From Candidatus Latescibacterota bacterium (GTDB lineage: Bacteria; Latescibacterota; UBA2968; UBA8231): a stretch of 64,000 nt of DNA. The stretch lies in contig CBDCXV010000010.1 in assembly GCA_965223905.1 (NCBI GenBank), positions 1,056,001-1,120,000 of the forward strand, read 5' to 3'. The notes beneath the pieces are model-generated. The model did no database searches. It was not told the origin of the DNA and saw only the letters and a program-made list of their open reading frames with translations. The first letter of the stretch is position 1. Every line of letters begins with the position of its first letter. Below are positions 59,884 to 64,000 of this stretch, piece by piece. A program made the position numbers and the translations under genes.

Positions 59884-61839
59884 TTGCACCGTGTGAGCCT
59901 TTCCCTCCCGTTGGCACCTACTTTCCGCGCCCTCTTCGTGGGTACGCTGGGCGCTCTGGCCATCGGCGTCGGGGTGCCTTACGGCAACATGGTGTTGAGC
60001 GGCTCCCGGTTTGCCTCCTACTACAACACGCCGGCCGCCATCATCCTGTTCTTTTTCCTCGTCTTGTTTCTCAACTCCGTGTTGGGGCTGATTCGCCGCA
60101 CCTGGATGCTGAACCGCGCCGAATTGGCCTTGGTCTATGTGATGTGGATCGTCGCCACCGCCATTCCCGAAAAGGGACTGGTCTCTTTTCTGCTGCCGGA
60201 CATCACCAGTGTCATCTACTATGCAACACCCGAGAATCGTTGGGACGAAACGCTTCTGCCCGTTATCCCCGACTGGATCATCCCCCACCACGACTTCGTG
60301 CGCATCCAGCACTTTTATGAGGGCGCTCCAGCGGGCCGGGGTGTGCCCTGGATGCTATGGCTGCCGCCTCTGGCCTATTGGATCTCCTTTGTCCTGGCCC
60401 TTTACCTGGCGATGATCTCCATCATGGTCATCCTGCGCAAACGGTGGATCGAAAACGAACGTCTCGCCTTTCCCCTTGCCCAGCTCGCGATAGCCGTAAT
60501 CCAGGAGGACGATGGCGGGAAAAGCCTCATCCGGCCCTTCTTCAAGAGCTGGATCATGTGGCTCGGTTTCGCCGTCCCGGCCGTCCTCCAGAGCATTAAC
60601 GGGCTCCATCACTATTTTGCCGTGATTCCACGGGTCGACATTGGCACGGTCATTGGCCTGTTCCGCAACAGCGTACACCTGGAGCTCTACCTGAGTTTTC
60701 AGCTCCTCGGTTTTTCCTATTTCATCAAACCCGGTGTCGCTATTGCCCTGTGCGTTTTTGGACTTGTCAATGTCATCCAACGGGGGCTCTTGCTCATGCT
60801 CGGTTTCGGCGGGATGGATCCCGTCCTCGGCGCTTTCAGCTCCTATTCGAGTCCGCTCATCGTCCATCAGGGATTTGGCGCGATGCTGGTGTTGGTGCTT
60901 TTCGGCCTCTGGACCGCTCGAGGCCACCTGCGCCAGGTATTCAGAAAGGCCTTGAAGGGGGACGAATCGGTCGACGACTCGGCCGAGATCCTTTCCTACA
61001 GAGCCGCCGTTTTCATGCTCTTGGGCAGCCTGACCCTGATGGGCGTATGGCTGTGGAAATCGGGGCTGCCTGGTTGGATCGTACCGATCTACCTCTTCCT
61101 CGTCTTCGTCGTCTTCATCGGCCTCACCCGGATCGTCTCAGAAGGCGGATTGGTCTACGTTTTCGCACCGATGATCGCCTCCGATTTCGTGGCTGCCAAT
61201 TTTGGTACCCGCGCGTTGGGAGCTTCCGGGATCATCTCCCTCGCCTTCACCTACACGTGGGCCAGCGACATGCTCACCTTTGTGATGGCCTCCTGTGCCA
61301 ACGGGCTCAAAGTGGTGGAAGAGACCATTCAGAAAGGGCGGCGGCTCATTTTCTGGAGCATGCTGATCGCGATCGTCGTCTCCCTTTTCAGCTCCATCTA
61401 CACCGTCCTCGATCTGGCCTACCGCTACGGCGGCGTCAATACCGATTGGGGGCATTTCGTCAAGCACGCCAACTATCCCTTTGACAACGCCGCCGAGCGG
61501 ATAGAGTCTCTTGTGGGTCCCAACTGGACGAACTGGGGCTATACCGCCAGCGGCATCATCATCATGACCTTGCTCATGACAGCCCAGCAGCGTTTCGCCT
61601 GGTGGCCCCTCCACCCCCTCGGTTTCCCTATCAGCGGAGTGTCCACCTATATCCTCTTCAGCGTCTTCCTGGCGTGGCTGATCAAGACCGTCGTGTTGAA
61701 ATACGGCGGCCCCCCTCTCTACGTGAAAACGCGTCCCTTCTTCCTCGGCTTGATCCTCGGCCAGTTTGTCTCCGCCGCCGTCTGGTACGTCATTGATTAC
61801 CTCACCGGAACCAGGGGCAATCATGTGATGTTTGTATAA
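59884..61839 (+). CDS. Polytopic membrane protein (DUF6785/DUF6784-like, putative transporter)
   Basis: LRKRWIENERLAFPL, YRYGG, WWPLHPLG, LKYGG...PFFLGLILG. Confidence 0.75.
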   Translation: MHRVSLSLPLAPTFRALFVGTLGALAIGVGVPYGNMVLSGSRFASYYNTPAAIILFFFLVLFLNSVLGLIRRTWMLNRAELALVYVMWIVATAIPEKGLVSFLLPDITSVIYYATPENRWDETLLPVIPDWIIPHHDFVRIQHFYEGAPAGRGVPWMLWLPPLAYWISFVLALYLAMISIMVILRKRWIENERLAFPLAQLAIAVIQEDDGGKSLIRPFFKSWIMWLGFAVPAVLQSINGLHHYFAVIPRVDIGTVIGLFRNSVHLELYLSFQLLGFSYFIKPGVAIALCVFGLVNVIQRGLLLMLGFGGMDPVLGAFSSYSSPLIVHQGFGAMLVLVLFGLWTARGHLRQVFRKALKGDESVDDSAEILSYRAAVFMLLGSLTLMGVWLWKSGLPGWIVPIYLFLVFVVFIGLTRIVSEGGLVYVFAPMIASDFVAANFGTRALGASGIISLAFTYTWASDMLTFVMASCANGLKVVEETIQKGRRLIFWSMLIAIVVSLFSSIYTVLDLAYRYGGVNTDWGHFVKHANYPFDNAAERIESLVGPNWTNWGYTASGIIIMTLLMTAQQRFAWWPLHPLGFPISGVSTYILFSVFLAWLIKTVVLKYGGPPLYVKTRPFFLGLILGQFVSAAVWYVIDYLTGTRGNHVMFV

Positions 61840-61898
61840 TTCTACCTCAGCGCGGCGTAGAAAACTGCCCCGCCAGCCATAGCCGCAGGAGGTGTAGA

Positions 61899-64000
61899 AT
61901 GTCGAAGGAACTCAAGCTGCACAACGCCAACTATGATGTCGTTGCCTATGATCCGGCCGCCAAACTCGTGCGCGTGAACATAGATCTATATCAGGTAGCT
62001 CTCGACCAGAACAAGCCGCCTTCGGGTATTCTGTCCGGGTGCAAGGTCATCAACCTGACGAAGCACAAGGAGGTCCCCCATCGAGTTTACTACACCAATG
62101 ATCTGCAGTACGAGACGGAACAGGTATCGTGGCGACCGGAGGAAGGCGACGAATATCGCATAGAAATATCCGCCGAAGAAGACACGACGGCGAGCCTGTT
62201 TCCCGCTGTCGGCGCAGGTGAACCCTTGATGCTTGAAGAGGGGCCCCTGGATCTGGGCGCCTGCCATCCGCACCACACTGTCGCTGACTGGGATGGCGAC
62301 GGCAGACAGGACCTGCTCGTCGGCATTTCCGGAGAAGCGGGATACGTGTATTTCCTCCGTAATACGGCGGACGACGACAACCCGGCATTCCAGGCGGGTG
62401 TTCGGCTGAGAGCGGATGGGAAAGTCATAAAAGCCGCCGACGAGCAGAGGAAAGTTGGCATCACCCAACCGTGGGCAGGCGATTGGGACGACGACGGCCT
62501 TTTGGATTTGCTCGTATTGTGCGGGGCGAAAGGCGACGACTTCGAAAGCAGAATCACGTTCTACAAGAACGTCGGCAGCACGGGAAACCCACTCCTCAAG
62601 GACATGGGTCCGCTCCTGAACGAAAGAGGAGAACCTCTTGTGCTCAGTAGTGGAGCGCCCGGCTTCTACAACTGTTTCCATCCCACAGACTGGACGCGGA
62701 ATGGGACGAATGATATTCTGGCCGTGATCCCTGACGAGCAGTTTCACGGCGAGAAGCAACTTGTGCTTTTCGAGAACGTGGGCACGAGTGCGGTCCCCCG
62801 GTTCCGCCAGAACCCCGTACCGATAACCACCAAGAGCGGGAATGGGATCAGCTTTCGAGGCCTGATCGACGCCTTCCTGCCCGTGGACTGGATCAGGGAG
62901 GGCTTCACCGACATACTTCTGGCCACCTGCATGCACTACCGCACGATCTTTCTGTATGAAAATGCGGCAAAGAGCACGGAGGAACGGCCCGTTCTCCTGG
63001 ACAGCGGCCCCAGCCCGAAGTCTGGCAGCCCCGCAGCACCGGCGCCAGACGAATTCCAGACCGATTATCCCGCTCCAGCGCTGATGTTGCAGAACGGCGA
63101 AGAAGCCCGTCTGTGCGATGTCTCTCCACAGATATCCTCCATACAGGCCGTCCGTTGGGGACCCTCCTCCAAAAGAGAACTGATCGTCGCCACAAACGAG
63201 GGGTACCTGTGTCGCTTCAGAAACCTGTCCGCTTCAGACCAGAAGCCGGCCCTTGACAAGCCGGAAGCGATCAGAAGCAGGAATCCGGCGATATTCGTGG
63301 GTGCCTTCGCCGTCCCTGCATGCGCGGATTGGAATAACGACGGCAAACCTGACATGATCGTAGGCAGTGAATGGGGCGAGCTGCATTACTTCGAGAACGA
63401 CGGAACGCTCGAAAATCCCATGTTCGTCGAAAGGGGAAAAGTCTGCGCGGGCGGCGAGGTTATAAGGTATCCGGGGTGCTACAAACAGATTCTCGAGAAT
63501 TCGAACGGCTACAGCTCACCTATTGCCGTGGACCTGGACAGGGACGGCCTGATTGATTTGGTCGTATCAGAGAGCAGAGGGTATTTCAACTTCTATAGAA
63601 ACATCGGAACACCGGAGAAGGCCGTCTTCGACCAGAGCAGAAGGTTGTACCTCGGCGGGGAGGTGCTCCACAGTCCCTGGCGAGTCATGCCGGCGTTTTT
63701 CAACAACGATGGTGAAGACTTCACGAGCATGATCGCCAAAGAGGCGGACGGCACGTTTTACCTTTACATGAACAGTGAGGAGGACATCCTCACTTTCACC
63801 AAGGCTCGCTCACTTAGAATGGAGAGCGGACAGGCCCTCACCGACAACATGTATGGCAGAACCAGAATTGCCATGGTGGATTGGGATGGTGATGGCATCT
63901 GTGATCTGGTTCTGGGCACACACGGCCACCGGTTGATCATCCAGGGAGATAGCTACAGGCTGGAGACCGTGGGCGGCGGCGGCCAAGGCGCCGGGCTGAT
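61899..64000 (+). CDS. FG-GAP/VCBS repeat beta-propeller protein (partial, runs off the window)
   Basis: AGGAGG RBS and ATG at 61899; repeats DWDGDGRQDLLVG, DWDDDGLLDLLV, DWNNDGKPDMIVG, DLDRDGLIDLVV, DWDGDGICDLVLG. Absent from the ORF track because there is no stop in the window. Confidence 0.85.
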   Translation, partial: MSKELKLHNANYDVVAYDPAAKLVRVNIDLYQVALDQNKPPSGILSGCKVINLTKHKEVPHRVYYTNDLQYETEQVSWRPEEGDEYRIEISAEEDTTASLFPAVGAGEPLMLEEGPLDLGACHPHHTVADWDGDGRQDLLVGISGEAGYVYFLRNTADDDNPAFQAGVRLRADGKVIKAADEQRKVGITQPWAGDWDDDGLLDLLVLCGAKGDDFESRITFYKNVGSTGNPLLKDMGPLLNERGEPLVLSSGAPGFYNCFHPTDWTRNGTNDILAVIPDEQFHGEKQLVLFENVGTSAVPRFRQNPVPITTKSGNGISFRGLIDAFLPVDWIREGFTDILLATCMHYRTIFLYENAAKSTEERPVLLDSGPSPKSGSPAAPAPDEFQTDYPAPALMLQNGEEARLCDVSPQISSIQAVRWGPSSKRELIVATNEGYLCRFRNLSASDQKPALDKPEAIRSRNPAIFVGAFAVPACADWNNDGKPDMIVGSEWGELHYFENDGTLENPMFVERGKVCAGGEVIRYPGCYKQILENSNGYSSPIAVDLDRDGLIDLVVSESRGYFNFYRNIGTPEKAVFDQSRRLYLGGEVLHSPWRVMPAFFNNDGEDFTSMIAKEADGTFYLYMNSEEDILTFTKARSLRMESGQALTDNMYGRTRIAMVDWDGDGICDLVLGTHGHRLIIQGDSYRLETVGGGGQGAGL

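Noticed and set aside
1-64000. CRISPR array, rRNA or prophage structural genes
   Set aside because: I saw no regularly spaced repeat-spacer pattern, rRNA-like sequence or virion genes by eye.

Overview
GC-rich bacterial chromosome segment. Its gene content (sulfatase, PhyH dioxygenase, Gfo/Idh/MocA, DUF6785-like membrane protein, FG-GAP protein) suggests a Latescibacterota/Gemmatimonadota-like organism; this is an inference. Bases 1-24 kb are backbone: def, tRNA-Asp, EamA transporter, FGGY kinase, RRM protein, a Liv-type ABC operon, sulfatase, yaaA and glycoside-hydrolase-like genes. An ISL3 at 24.1-25.6 kb opens a visibly AT-richer, decaying island (about 25.6-38.8 kb). The island carries XRE/wHTH genes, a nonsense-split AbiGi-like gene, a large serine recombinase whose 3' end contains a tRNA-3'-end-like att site plus terminator, and the most interesting locus: a ComEC-type metallo-beta-lactamase (MBL) nuclease, a single-chain E2-E1-JAB protein and a multi-pass membrane protein. 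Removing the IS1380 inserted in the MBL gene (5-bp TGAAA duplication) restores a flexible tail ending ...GTPQTYG-stop. That C-terminal glycine fits a ubiquitin-like conjugation substrate, in a locus with no cyclase and no ubiquitin-like gene. The rest of the window holds RIT integrase debris, an erythromycin-esterase-family gene, two ABC exporters, an acoABCX-like operon, a second inactivated IS1380 and a carbohydrate-catabolism-like cluster that runs off the right edge. All calls come from reading motifs by eye; no database searches were run.
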